Positions 19,389-28,206 of a stretch of 64,000 bases of DNA are shown piece by piece. The first letter of the stretch is position 1. Each line of letters starts with the position of its first letter. The notes beneath the pieces are model-generated. The model saw nothing but the letters and a program-made list of their open reading frames with translations. It searched no databases and was not told where the DNA came from. The stretch comes from an uncultured Rhodothermales bacterium (GTDB taxonomy: Bacteria; Bacteroidota; Rhodothermia; Rhodothermales; UBA10348), in the NCBI GenBank assembly GCA_964383365.1, contig CAYLHF010000008.1:42036-106035 (forward strand), read 5' to 3'. Position numbers and translations under genes: made by a program.

Positions 19389-20930
19389 TCATTTTGGAGA
19401 ACCGGAGCCGATGCGCTCCAACTTGCCCCAGTTCATTCCGAATCCGAGAAATTCTTCAACGGTGGCGAGCGTCTTGCACACGTCCACGATCAAAATGAAG
19501 AAGAGCCGATAGAACAGGGAATAAAAAACGAGTCGGACTTCTTCTTTCTCAACCGCTACGCAATACAGTGCTGCGATCAGATCCAGAATGGTCAGCGACA
19601 ACCACCAGTAGACGATGTAGTAACTCATCTTGAATACCAGTGCGATAAAAATAAAATAGGCGTTCGCAAAAATGTTCATGATGGGCCAGATCAATGCTTC
19701 AAAAGCCATCGACCACATCACGATCGTTCCACCAAAATTGATCGTAGGATTAAAAAACAGGTCCCGATGTTTGCGGACAGCCTGAATGATTCCTCGCGTC
19801 CAGCGATACCGCTGCTTCAGAAGGTCAACGATCGTATCCGGGGCTTCGGTGTACGAGCGGGCGTCCGGCTCATATTCTACCCGCCAGCCGGCACGGATAA
19901 TTTTCAACGTGATGTCGGCATCCTCTGCAAACGTATCCGAGCTGTACCAGCCGGCATCGACGATCGCCTGCTTGCGAAACATCCCGAGCGGTCCAGGAAT
20001 GATGTTGACGAGTTTCACGATGCTCTGCGCCGAACGGGCCATATTCAAACCTTCGACGTACTCAAGCGCCTGAAGCGTCGTCCAGATATTATTCCTGTTC
20101 AGAACCTTAACGTTACCGGCGATGGCCCCCAGACGAGGGTCCACAAAATGCCGGATAGTTTTCCTGAGCGTGTCTGGAGAGAGTAGAGAGTCTCCATCGA
20201 CATTCAGTACAAAATCATATCGAGAAACCTGGATTCCGGCATTCAAGGCAGTAGCTTTCCCTCCATTCGGCTTCTGAACGAGTCGCACATCGACCGCACC
20301 GTCCCGATACGTGCCGATCACACCCTGGCCGACCCCTCTCGTATCGTCGGTTGAGCCATCATCGACCAGCAGGATCTCGTACCGCGGATAATCCATCTCG
20401 AGCAGAGATGCAACGGTACTTCGGAGAAGCTTACCCTCGTTGTAGGCCGGTACGATGATGGATACCGGTGGCAGGAAGGTATGGTCGTGTCCGGTTTCGA
20501 TCGTGTGTTTGGTCGTATTCAAATACGCCATGTTCATCAACGACAGATACCGGAACAGCAGAATTACGAGAAATAGTACGAGTGCAACGATCGAGGAATA
20601 CACAATCAATCCGCTCCAGCGGAGCTTACTCTCCCATCCGGTCAGCTTTAACAGATAGCCACCCGGATCGCGCACGAAAATATAAATGATGGCAAACAGG
20701 ATGAGCGAAATCAATCCGTATACGACGATTCGCCGGAGTAGCTGTGATTCCGATTCTCGTGCCGTCGGGCGATCGTCCTCTGGCCTCTTGATGGGCTGGA
20801 AAACCGTCTTTTCGACAGACTGTCCGGTCGACGTAACGAGAGCGGTTCCAGTGGAATGTTCCACAGGAACCAATCGCTCACGGGCATTCGACTCGCTGTC
20901 AGGTGATATGTTGTTTTCAGTTTCCATCAT
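19389..20930 (-). CDS. Family-2 processive glycosyltransferase (PgaC/IcaA/cellulose-synthase-like EPS synthase)
   Basis: 'VSIIVPAYNEG', 'LLVDDGSTDDT', 'GGKATALNAG', 'NVDGDSLL', 'FAEDADIT' and 'QRYRWTRG' (QxxRW). Transmembrane helices lie before and after the catalytic domain. Confidence 0.85.
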   Translation of the reverse strand: MMETENNISPDSESNARERLVPVEHSTGTALVTSTGQSVEKTVFQPIKRPEDDRPTARESESQLLRRIVVYGLISLILFAIIYIFVRDPGGYLLKLTGWESKLRWSGLIVYSSIVALVLFLVILLFRYLSLMNMAYLNTTKHTIETGHDHTFLPPVSIIVPAYNEGKLLRSTVASLLEMDYPRYEILLVDDGSTDDTRGVGQGVIGTYRDGAVDVRLVQKPNGGKATALNAGIQVSRYDFVLNVDGDSLLSPDTLRKTIRHFVDPRLGAIAGNVKVLNRNNIWTTLQALEYVEGLNMARSAQSIVKLVNIIPGPLGMFRKQAIVDAGWYSSDTFAEDADITLKIIRAGWRVEYEPDARSYTEAPDTIVDLLKQRYRWTRGIIQAVRKHRDLFFNPTINFGGTIVMWSMAFEALIWPIMNIFANAYFIFIALVFKMSYYIVYWWLSLTILDLIAALYCVAVEKEEVRLVFYSLFYRLFFILIVDVCKTLATVEEFLGFGMNWGKLERIGSGSPK

Positions 20931-21001
20931 GTGGCGACGGAGAGTCCATCACACCGGACCTCTGGCCGGGTGTCTATTCGTTGTCGGCAATAAAAGTGAA
21001 A

Positions 21002-24000
21002 TCATAAGGTCCAGTACAATGCCGCCGAAAATGTAAACGTGTTATACCGATCGATGAATGACCCGGCCCCACTACCGAGCGTCCGGGTTGACTGGCTCAT
21101 CGCCGTCCGCGCAGTGAGCGAAAAATTGCCTCCTAGCCGCTTGATTAGATCGGCCTCTATGCGTCTATTTACAAATCCTGCACTCTGCGCGATGACACCG
21201 ATCGATCCCCTGACCCGGATGTACCACTTGGTTCGAAGCTCGCGTTCATACTCGAGAAACATGTCGTACGTCGTGTACGCTCGGGGCGAGAAATACGTAT
21301 CGACGGTCGTTCGATAGTTGATCGCGTAATATGTCACTCCGAGATACGTGTAATCCACGATGCGGTACCCACCTTCGAGCCGAAGCGACGTTCCGAAGTT
21401 CGTATCGCTGTTTGACGCTGTATTGCCAAAGTTATCGCTCACGATATTGAAGGCCAGCGCACCTTGTACCCGGAGTACCGAGTCGGCCATGATGGTCGCA
21501 CTGCTTCCTTTCAAATCAAACTGTGTCAGCCGCAAATTGAATTGCCCGCCTCCCGGTGACCAGAGTTCAATCGAACCTTCGCCGGTATGCACCCCTATCG
21601 AGGCCTGATATTTTCCAAGCTCCTGTTTCCAGTATCGAAGACCACCGTAACCGACGGTCCTGGCACCCTCATAGTCATACAATCCGATCTCCCCGGATAT
21701 CCGGTTGGAAAAACTCGCCCGATCCGACGGCACAGGTGGCGTCAGGTCGATGTATCCACCGGCAAATATCTGATTGACGCGGCCGCGAACGATTTCTGAT
21801 CCAGGAACCAGACGGCGCGAACCACTGATGAAATGCGAGTTGACACCGGCCGTCAATACGACATCGATCGGTATCGTCACCTGTGTCTGCATTCCCTGGG
21901 CCCAGCGATCATACCGGGTGCCCCCGCCACGACTCCGAACGGCGTCGGTTGTCGGCACAACGATACCGGCAAAATCATAGCCGAGCCATTCGCCACTCTC
22001 GAGAAGAGTGGTCCTGACATCGGCACCGATCGCCACTTTGGTGTCTTCGATCATCTTCGAGTCTTCGGCCAGCATCTGGGCTTCGTTGTAGATGTCCTCC
22101 GCCTCGGCATAGAGGCCCAGGGCACGAAGTGCGTCCGCCTGCATGAATCGAACTTCGTAATCTCGCGGGTTTCTCACCTGAAGCTGTTCGAGCGCAGACA
22201 GTGCTCCTGAGTAATCTTTCCTCAGAATGCGGGTTCGTGCCATTTCTTTACCTACATCGTAGGCGAACTGCTGCTGCTGAAGCGCCTCAAGAATAGCCAA
22301 CGCATCGTCATATTTCGCCGCTGCCGTATAGACCTGGGCCAGTTCTTTGAGTTCGGCACGCGTGCGGCGTCCTCTCAATTCGAAATATCGGTCGTATGAA
22401 GCAATGGCATTGTCATACCGTTTCGCTGCCGTATAGCGCCGGGCCTCGTTGAGCACCGCTACCTGCGCCTCCTCATTGAGACGGATCTTTTCTCTGGCGA
22501 TCAAATGCCGGAGTGTCTGTATTTTTTCTATAAACCGTGGATCTCCTACTCTCTCGGCCATATCCACAAGGCGGCTCGCATCCTCGACGGCTGTTTGAAG
22601 CAATCGGTAATCGGCCGCGTCGAGAATGAGTTCACTATCCTCTGCGTACGGTCCGGCGAGAAGCGATGCGAGGTAATTTTCGCCCCGGTCATCGAGTTCT
22701 CTGTTCGACAATTCGGAGAGAACGAAGAGCCGTTGAAACTCCGTGTTGTCTGGATTCTGATCTACCAGGTACCTCGCCTGTTCGACGGCCTGTTTCCGGT
22801 ATCCATTCAGCCTGAGCGTATCCACATAGCGGGCCCGGAGCGGAAAATTTTCGGGCTGGAGGCCGATAAGCTGTACATACGCACGAATGGCATCGTCTAT
22901 TCGATCAACGATCTGGTATTGATCGATAATCTCGAGGAGTTCGTCTGTCGCGCTCGAATCCGAAGCAATTATGGGTTCGAGTTCTCGAATTCTGCGACGC
23001 GCATAATCGAGTCGCGCTGCCTTGATGGCTACCAGTCTTCCCCGATATCCTTCCTCGGCTGGATTGGTATGCGCAGGATCAACGAGTACATCGAGAGCTT
23101 CAGAGAATCGCTTGGCGTTGACGAGTTCATCGACGAGCTGATAGCGCGTCATGATGTCGTCGGGCTGGAATCGGAGTCGATACGTCAGACGGTCTATCGG
23201 AAAGAGCGGCGACTTCCCGCCGGTCGAGACGAATCCATTGTCGGTCTGGATAAAGAGTGAGAGCCACCGATCCGTCGTGCCGTAGTCTTTTTCCAGTTTC
23301 AGCAGTTGATCGTAGGCTTCTCCGTAGCGCTTGTACTTGTTCAGTTGCTCAACGAGTTTGAAGCGGGTTTCGGCGTTTCCGGGATCCCGTTCAAGAGCCC
23401 GGTAGAGTCGGTCAACGATGAATGTCGACGGCCTGTTTGGAGAGGGCTCTGTCTGCAGCCTGTTTTCGACCAGGAGCGATCGTTTCGTCCATTCAGGAGA
23501 TCCCTGATACCGTGGTTTCAGGTACGTCAGATTCTGCTGGGCTTCAAAATATCTTCCGTCATCGATCAGTAAATCGATCAACTGGAATCGTTTCCCATCC
23601 TGATTGGGGTCTGCCCGGAGTTCCCGGGTAAGTACGTCGATCGGATACTGAGATTGTGTTCCTGCGAGTCCGGGTTGGTCTCCATAATCAGAACACTTTT
23701 CCGCCTCTGTGTTATTCGGATTCAGTCGGAGTGCCTGTTCGCAGGCTTCCTTGGCCAGACGATATTTCCCCTGCCAGAGACGGAAATAGCCGAGTCGCAT
23801 GTACAGATCATCGTTGTTCGTGTAGATCTTTACATATTTCTGAGCGGTTCTCTCGCCCAGCGCGTTGTCTCCCTCGTAATTGGCGATCGCTATCAGATAG
23901 GACTGTACAACGTCCGGGGTTCCCTGTGTCTTTCGGAGATACTCTCCATACTGATCGGCAGCCTGTCTGAACAGTCGTGCCTCAAACAGGGCATCTGCAT

Positions 24001-24415
24001 ACCGAATTCGATACGATAAATTGGTCGGGTTAGCGGCGACGAGCCGCCTCATACTCTCCAGGTTGCCCCGGTTTCGTGCGACGGTCTGCTGCTGAGATCG
24101 GCGGAGTCCATTCCGAGCCTCCACGTGGGCGGGATTCAATTCCAGAATTCGCTCATAGTCCTTTGCTGCAGAAGCGAAATCGCGCCGACCCTCATGCGCG
24201 GCGGCCCGTATCAATAGCGGACGAGGGTCCTTCGATTCGGGTGTAATCAAGGTGTTCAGCAGGGCAATTGCCTCCTGAAAACGTCCTTGCGTTACCAGAC
24301 GTTCTGCACGGTCCTGTGCGGCGATATCCTGTGAAAAGGCTTCTCCCACCGGGACGAGAACCCAGATGGAGACCAGGACTACCAGCACTGTCAATCGGCG
24401 GATCATAGCGATCAC
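21002..24415 (-). CDS. Large TPR-repeat protein with C-terminal beta-barrel (PgaA/BcsC-like EPS export porin)
   Basis: Signal peptide 'LTVLVVLVSIWVLVPVGEAFSQD'. About 750 aa of TPR-like helical repeats. The last ~350 aa show an alternating beta-strand pattern ('GTSLRLEGGYRIVDYTYLGVTYYAINYR...FTFSAALYWTL'). Confidence 0.7.
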   Translation of the reverse strand: MIAMIRRLTVLVVLVSIWVLVPVGEAFSQDIAAQDRAERLVTQGRFQEAIALLNTLITPESKDPRPLLIRAAAHEGRRDFASAAKDYERILELNPAHVEARNGLRRSQQQTVARNRGNLESMRRLVAANPTNLSYRIRYADALFEARLFRQAADQYGEYLRKTQGTPDVVQSYLIAIANYEGDNALGERTAQKYVKIYTNNDDLYMRLGYFRLWQGKYRLAKEACEQALRLNPNNTEAEKCSDYGDQPGLAGTQSQYPIDVLTRELRADPNQDGKRFQLIDLLIDDGRYFEAQQNLTYLKPRYQGSPEWTKRSLLVENRLQTEPSPNRPSTFIVDRLYRALERDPGNAETRFKLVEQLNKYKRYGEAYDQLLKLEKDYGTTDRWLSLFIQTDNGFVSTGGKSPLFPIDRLTYRLRFQPDDIMTRYQLVDELVNAKRFSEALDVLVDPAHTNPAEEGYRGRLVAIKAARLDYARRRIRELEPIIASDSSATDELLEIIDQYQIVDRIDDAIRAYVQLIGLQPENFPLRARYVDTLRLNGYRKQAVEQARYLVDQNPDNTEFQRLFVLSELSNRELDDRGENYLASLLAGPYAEDSELILDAADYRLLQTAVEDASRLVDMAERVGDPRFIEKIQTLRHLIAREKIRLNEEAQVAVLNEARRYTAAKRYDNAIASYDRYFELRGRRTRAELKELAQVYTAAAKYDDALAILEALQQQQFAYDVGKEMARTRILRKDYSGALSALEQLQVRNPRDYEVRFMQADALRALGLYAEAEDIYNEAQMLAEDSKMIEDTKVAIGADVRTTLLESGEWLGYDFAGIVVPTTDAVRSRGGGTRYDRWAQGMQTQVTIPIDVVLTAGVNSHFISGSRRLVPGSEIVRGRVNQIFAGGYIDLTPPVPSDRASFSNRISGEIGLYDYEGARTVGYGGLRYWKQELGKYQASIGVHTGEGSIELWSPGGGQFNLRLTQFDLKGSSATIMADSVLRVQGALAFNIVSDNFGNTASNSDTNFGTSLRLEGGYRIVDYTYLGVTYYAINYRTTVDTYFSPRAYTTYDMFLEYERELRTKWYIRVRGSIGVIAQSAGFVNRRIEADLIKRLGGNFSLTARTAMSQSTRTLGSGAGSFIDRYNTFTFSAALYWTL

Positions 24416-24498
24416 GGAGTGATGGATAATGAATACTCACAGGAACCGTTATCGGCCGGAAATGCCAATCCTTTGATTAATCCAACGAAATAATTCCG

Positions 24499-25944
24499 TT
24501 AAGACTGATCCAGGGCGTAGCTGAGAAACTCCTCTGCCGACTGAAAAGGCCGCCCATCTGGAACAACAATGGCAGAAACAGAATGAAGGAGATGATCGGC
24601 CTGTTGCGGAGAATCCTGCCGGAGTCGTTCTTTCAGTCGCGCGAAGAAACTCTGGGCTTCCTCGGGGCGACTTTCGCCAAGAAATACAATCAAGCGCTCC
24701 TGTGATAGATCAGAGAGCATATCATCCTGTGGACGAAGCGCGGCCCGGACCAGGTCCATCAAAAAATCAAAGTCGAACGGACGAGCCGAGGCGTCTTTCC
24801 GATCCATCCTCATGGCCAGCAGAAGAAACGGCTGTAGACCTGATTCACGCATCAGAAACTTCTGCTGCAGACGTAACCGGAACGTCTCACGATCGGTCAC
24901 ATCTGGTAGTCGATCGGTCGCTGTCGGCTGCTCAATTTCGGCTTCCGTAGCTGAACTATGAACGAATTCATCGGCCGGAGGAGGCGTAGTGGGTGAGGGT
25001 ACGTCAGCCGAAGGAGGGGCGTATGGCTCGGTCGGAGCATATGCAGCAGGCCGCTCTGGCGGCGCGGAATACGTTGGAGGTGCGGGCTGCGCTGCCGCCT
25101 GGTAAGCCGGTTGCGTGGGGCCCGGGGAAGTCTGTGTTGCGGGGCCCTGGGAAGCCTGTGTTGCAGGCCCGGGTTCTGCATAGACCGTATGTGCCTCCGT
25201 TGGCGCTCCGCCGCGATCGGGTGTCCCCGAAGTCGACGCGTCTTCGACCACATCCTCGAGGTCCCAGTAGTCCACGACCTGTCGTTTGATGTGTCCGATG
25301 TGCGGAACAAGCGTCACACGACGCTTCGTCGTTGTCGGATTCTCGTCCGCCAGTTCGATATGAATTGATCCGGTCATCTGCATCGACATGAAATCAATCA
25401 CGCGGCGCGACTGCTGATTTGCGGGTTCGGGCATGACGACCATCAGTGTCGTCTCGAGCGAGTCGATCTGTTCCAGAAACTGGATAAACTCGACTCTGAA
25501 TCGATCGAAGGACCGGAAGGCTACAAACGGAAGAAAGTCGTTCATCACCAGACGGGTCGGACGGTGCTTCCGGATAAGACCGATGAGATCCCAGAGTGCC
25601 TTGGATACCCCGTCATCTCCCATCTGCTGTACGTTCATGAGGGGTGGGACGCGCATGAGTCGAACGATACCACTCTCGTAAGCATGTCTGAGATTGAATC
25701 CGATCGAAGCGGCCTGAATGATGAGGTCCTTCTGGCGATCGGCTGAGATAAAGAGGGTTGGTTCCCGAAGCGTCGCCCCGGTTCGTGCGAACATAAGCGT
25801 TAACAGCCCACGACCACTGGCCGCTTTACCATAAACGAGGTAGGACCCACCGCGATACAATCCACCCCAAGCGTTGTCGATCACATCGATGCCCGACAGG
25901 TGCTTTGGAGCAAATGCTACTGAGGAGACTGTAGTCGCGTTCAT
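24499..25944 (-). CDS. RecA/KaiC-like domain (degenerate P-loop), Pro-rich linker, and degenerate GGDEF-like domain with RxxD; putative c-di-GMP-sensing EPS regulator
   Basis: The N-terminus 'GIDVIDNAWGGLYRGGSYLVYGKAASGRGLLTLMF' resembles KaiC/Rad55, but the Walker A is GKAASGRG with no GK[ST]. The linker is 'GPATQASQGPATQTSPGPTQ...'. The C-terminus 'RPQDDMLSDLSQERLIVFLGESRPEEAQSFFARLKERL' aligns to GGDEF-domain 'RxxD-x5-GGDEF-vvil...' with GGDEF replaced by LSQER. Confidence 0.55.
   Translation of the reverse strand: MNATTVSSVAFAPKHLSGIDVIDNAWGGLYRGGSYLVYGKAASGRGLLTLMFARTGATLREPTLFISADRQKDLIIQAASIGFNLRHAYESGIVRLMRVPPLMNVQQMGDDGVSKALWDLIGLIRKHRPTRLVMNDFLPFVAFRSFDRFRVEFIQFLEQIDSLETTLMVVMPEPANQQSRRVIDFMSMQMTGSIHIELADENPTTTKRRVTLVPHIGHIKRQVVDYWDLEDVVEDASTSGTPDRGGAPTEAHTVYAEPGPATQASQGPATQTSPGPTQPAYQAAAQPAPPTYSAPPERPAAYAPTEPYAPPSADVPSPTTPPPADEFVHSSATEAEIEQPTATDRLPDVTDRETFRLRLQQKFLMRESGLQPFLLLAMRMDRKDASARPFDFDFLMDLVRAALRPQDDMLSDLSQERLIVFLGESRPEEAQSFFARLKERLRQDSPQQADHLLHSVSAIVVPDGRPFQSAEEFLSYALDQS
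25117..25164 (-). repeat. Intragenic 24-nt tandem repeat (2 full copies plus a partial) encoding the octapeptide GPATQ(A/T)S(Q/P)
   Basis: Plus-strand units 'ggggcccggggaagtctgtgttgc' and 'ggggccctgggaagcctgtgttgc' are 22/24 identical and are followed by a partial third unit. Confidence 0.8.
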
Positions 25945-25963
25945 TGCGAACTGTTTCGAATTA

Positions 25964-26007
25964 CAAAAATAGGGATACCGATCGAGTACCTAACAAACGG
26001 TGTGCCG
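25964..26007 (-). promoter_or_regulatory. Candidate promoter for the EPS operon
   Basis: On the minus strand, 'TATTTTTG' (reverse complement of 25964..25971) matches the Bacteroidota -7 motif TAnnTTTG and lies 22 nt before the ATG. A 'TTTG' sits 22 nt upstream of it. An overlapping 'cGGCACaccgtTTGt' is an imperfect sigma-54 -24/-12-like element. Confidence 0.25.
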
Positions 26008-26344
26008 AGTTTCGGAAAACAAGCGCAAACGGTCTGATATGGACAATTTCCTACGTCCCGCCCTCTATTATCGCCTGAAATCTCACTTTTTCAACCCCCG
26101 GGATCACTATTTCGAGACCAAAGACCAATCTCTATTTGAGATTATCCTTCCCAGAACGGGGAAGTTCCGGTTGAAAACCATCACAATGCACAGTTGTTGC
26201 TACCTGGGACTATGGATATTTGATTTTGGTCCGATACTTGTCTTTACATAATGAGCCAACGTGCTCCAACACGCCACACAACCTGTTCCAGTGTCGAAAG
26301 CCACAACGACCATCATGCACAGATATTCTCGATTAGGGATCCAT

Positions 26345-28192
26345 ATGCACCGAACGACCCGATCGGTCCTTCCCGCTGTTCTATTCGGACTCTATCTGGT
26401 CCTGGCCTCCGGTTGCGACATATTCGGTACGGCCATCGATGATCGCGCACCGACCATCAACATCATAAAGCCATTTGATCAGGCGACGGTTGCCGGGAAA
26501 AATGTTCTTATTTCGATCACGGCACAGGCTATCGGCACCGACAATTTCATCTCCTTCATCAACGTGAATGTGAACGGTGTAAGGGCTGGAGAAGCCGTTC
26601 TCGACAGCGCCCGGTTTAATTTCCGACTCAACACACTCGACCTCGAAGACGGTCTGTATAGAGTAGAAGCGGTCGCGTTCGACCATTTTCAATCCAGAGG
26701 AATCTCCGCTCCTGTGCTGATTACCGTCGCCAACAAGAGTGATGGTCCCGGACCCGAAATGCAGATTATCACCCCGGACAATAATGAGCAGGTCGGAGGA
26801 TTGGTCCGTGTGGTATCTCGAACCGCCCCCGCTCAACCGTTCGTGACCCGGGTCGATCTTCTTGTCGATGGTATTGCCGTTGCATCTACGAACAATGTAG
26901 TCGGTGGCAATTCATTTGTGTTCGACTGGAATGCCCTCAATGAAACGCCCGGGGAACACATCATCGAAGTGAAGGCCTATTCGGGTCCGACGACGTTTCG
27001 ACTGTCTGAATCAAAAACAGTAATCGTCCGTGGTGACGGAACGAGCGGCGGTATCGGAAAGCCTGGTACCGTTCGGTGGCGAGCCGCCGGGTTCAAGGGC
27101 GATGTGAAAGGTTCGGTAGCGGTGGGCTTCAATAACGATATTTACGTCGGTACGGCTTCAGACACGCTCTATGCGTTTTCGAATCTCGGTGCTCTGAAAT
27201 GGAAATTTGCGACCCGGGGTCCCATCCGGTCATCCCCTCTTGTCGGAAATAATGAAGATGTCTTCGTGACCAGTGAAGATGGTAGACTCTATGGACTTAA
27301 CTCGACGGGCGCAGAACTGTGGCCAGCCTATAACACGGGTGCTCTTCTTCGATCTTCCCCCACGCTCGGTGTCGAAGGGCGGCTCTATTTCGGTGACTCG
27401 AATGGTAGGGTGCATGCGGTAAATTCCTTCAACGGTCTGTCGACCGGGGGACGTTGGCCGGTAAGCGTGTCGAGTTCGCCGATCGTAGTTCCACCGGTTA
27501 TAGCCCGGGATCGTACGATTGTCGTGGCCACAACGGACGGCTTCCTTCACGCCCTGGCACCGGACGGAACGCTTCTCTGGACGACGACTCAGAACGTCGG
27601 AAGTATTATGGTCGGAATGGCGCTCATCGAACGTCAGCTGACGGTAACGCTGCCAACGGGTGAATCCAGGACGTCTACTGCCGTCATTGTATACGCCGTT
27701 TCAAATGACGGTATCATTTACGCCATTGCAGCAGAAGACGGATCCATCTTGTGGAGTTATCCATTGACGGGTCCACTGCGATCAGGACCGGTCGTCGGGA
27801 CGGACGGGGCCATCTACGTAGGCACATCGACTGGACTCATTGCCCTGAATGAGGATGCTGACGCCTTCACGCCGCGACTCCGTTTTGTATTTCCGGCACC
27901 GGACGTAGGCACGCCCGTCGTCGACGCGAGCGAGGTGGTCTATTTTGTGAGCGGACGAACCGTATTTGCCATCAATCCGAATAATACTCCATTCTGGGAA
28001 TTCGATCTCGGAACGCAGTCGGACGGCCCTCCGACTATCAATCGCGAAGGGGGACTGTTGGTCGCCGGGCAGAATGGATTGATGACATCGCTCGAGACGG
28101 GCTCGGTAGGACTCGCTCCAGGAAAATGGCCCATGTTCCAGCGAAATGCGAGGCACACCGGACGCCTTGGAATCGACGCCGACGACGGATAG
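26345..28192 (+). CDS. Lipoprotein with N-terminal Ig-like domains and C-terminal PQQ/BamB-like beta-propeller repeats
   Basis: Lipobox 'LYLVLASGCD' after Met 26345; the ORF is also open from GTG 26261. Ig-like segments 'INIIKPFDQATVAGKNVLISI' and 'MQIITPDNNEQVGGLVRVV'. Repeats 'LYAFSNLGALKWKF', 'GRLYGLNSTGAELW', 'FLHALAPDGTLLW' and 'IIYAIAAEDGSILW'. Terminal 'WPMFQRNARHTG'. Confidence 0.75.
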   Translation: MHRTTRSVLPAVLFGLYLVLASGCDIFGTAIDDRAPTINIIKPFDQATVAGKNVLISITAQAIGTDNFISFINVNVNGVRAGEAVLDSARFNFRLNTLDLEDGLYRVEAVAFDHFQSRGISAPVLITVANKSDGPGPEMQIITPDNNEQVGGLVRVVSRTAPAQPFVTRVDLLVDGIAVASTNNVVGGNSFVFDWNALNETPGEHIIEVKAYSGPTTFRLSESKTVIVRGDGTSGGIGKPGTVRWRAAGFKGDVKGSVAVGFNNDIYVGTASDTLYAFSNLGALKWKFATRGPIRSSPLVGNNEDVFVTSEDGRLYGLNSTGAELWPAYNTGALLRSSPTLGVEGRLYFGDSNGRVHAVNSFNGLSTGGRWPVSVSSSPIVVPPVIARDRTIVVATTDGFLHALAPDGTLLWTTTQNVGSIMVGMALIERQLTVTLPTGESRTSTAVIVYAVSNDGIIYAIAAEDGSILWSYPLTGPLRSGPVVGTDGAIYVGTSTGLIALNEDADAFTPRLRFVFPAPDVGTPVVDASEVVYFVSGRTVFAINPNNTPFWEFDLGTQSDGPPTINREGGLLVAGQNGLMTSLETGSVGLAPGKWPMFQRNARHTGRLGIDADDG

Positions 28193-28206
28193 AATTGACG
28201 GAAACG

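Noticed and set aside
26000-26251. 83-aa ORF in the divergent intergenic region upstream of the EPS operon.
   Set aside because: The sequence is AT-rich, there is no ribosome-binding site, and the composition is odd (several Cys/Phe runs). It is more plausibly regulatory DNA.
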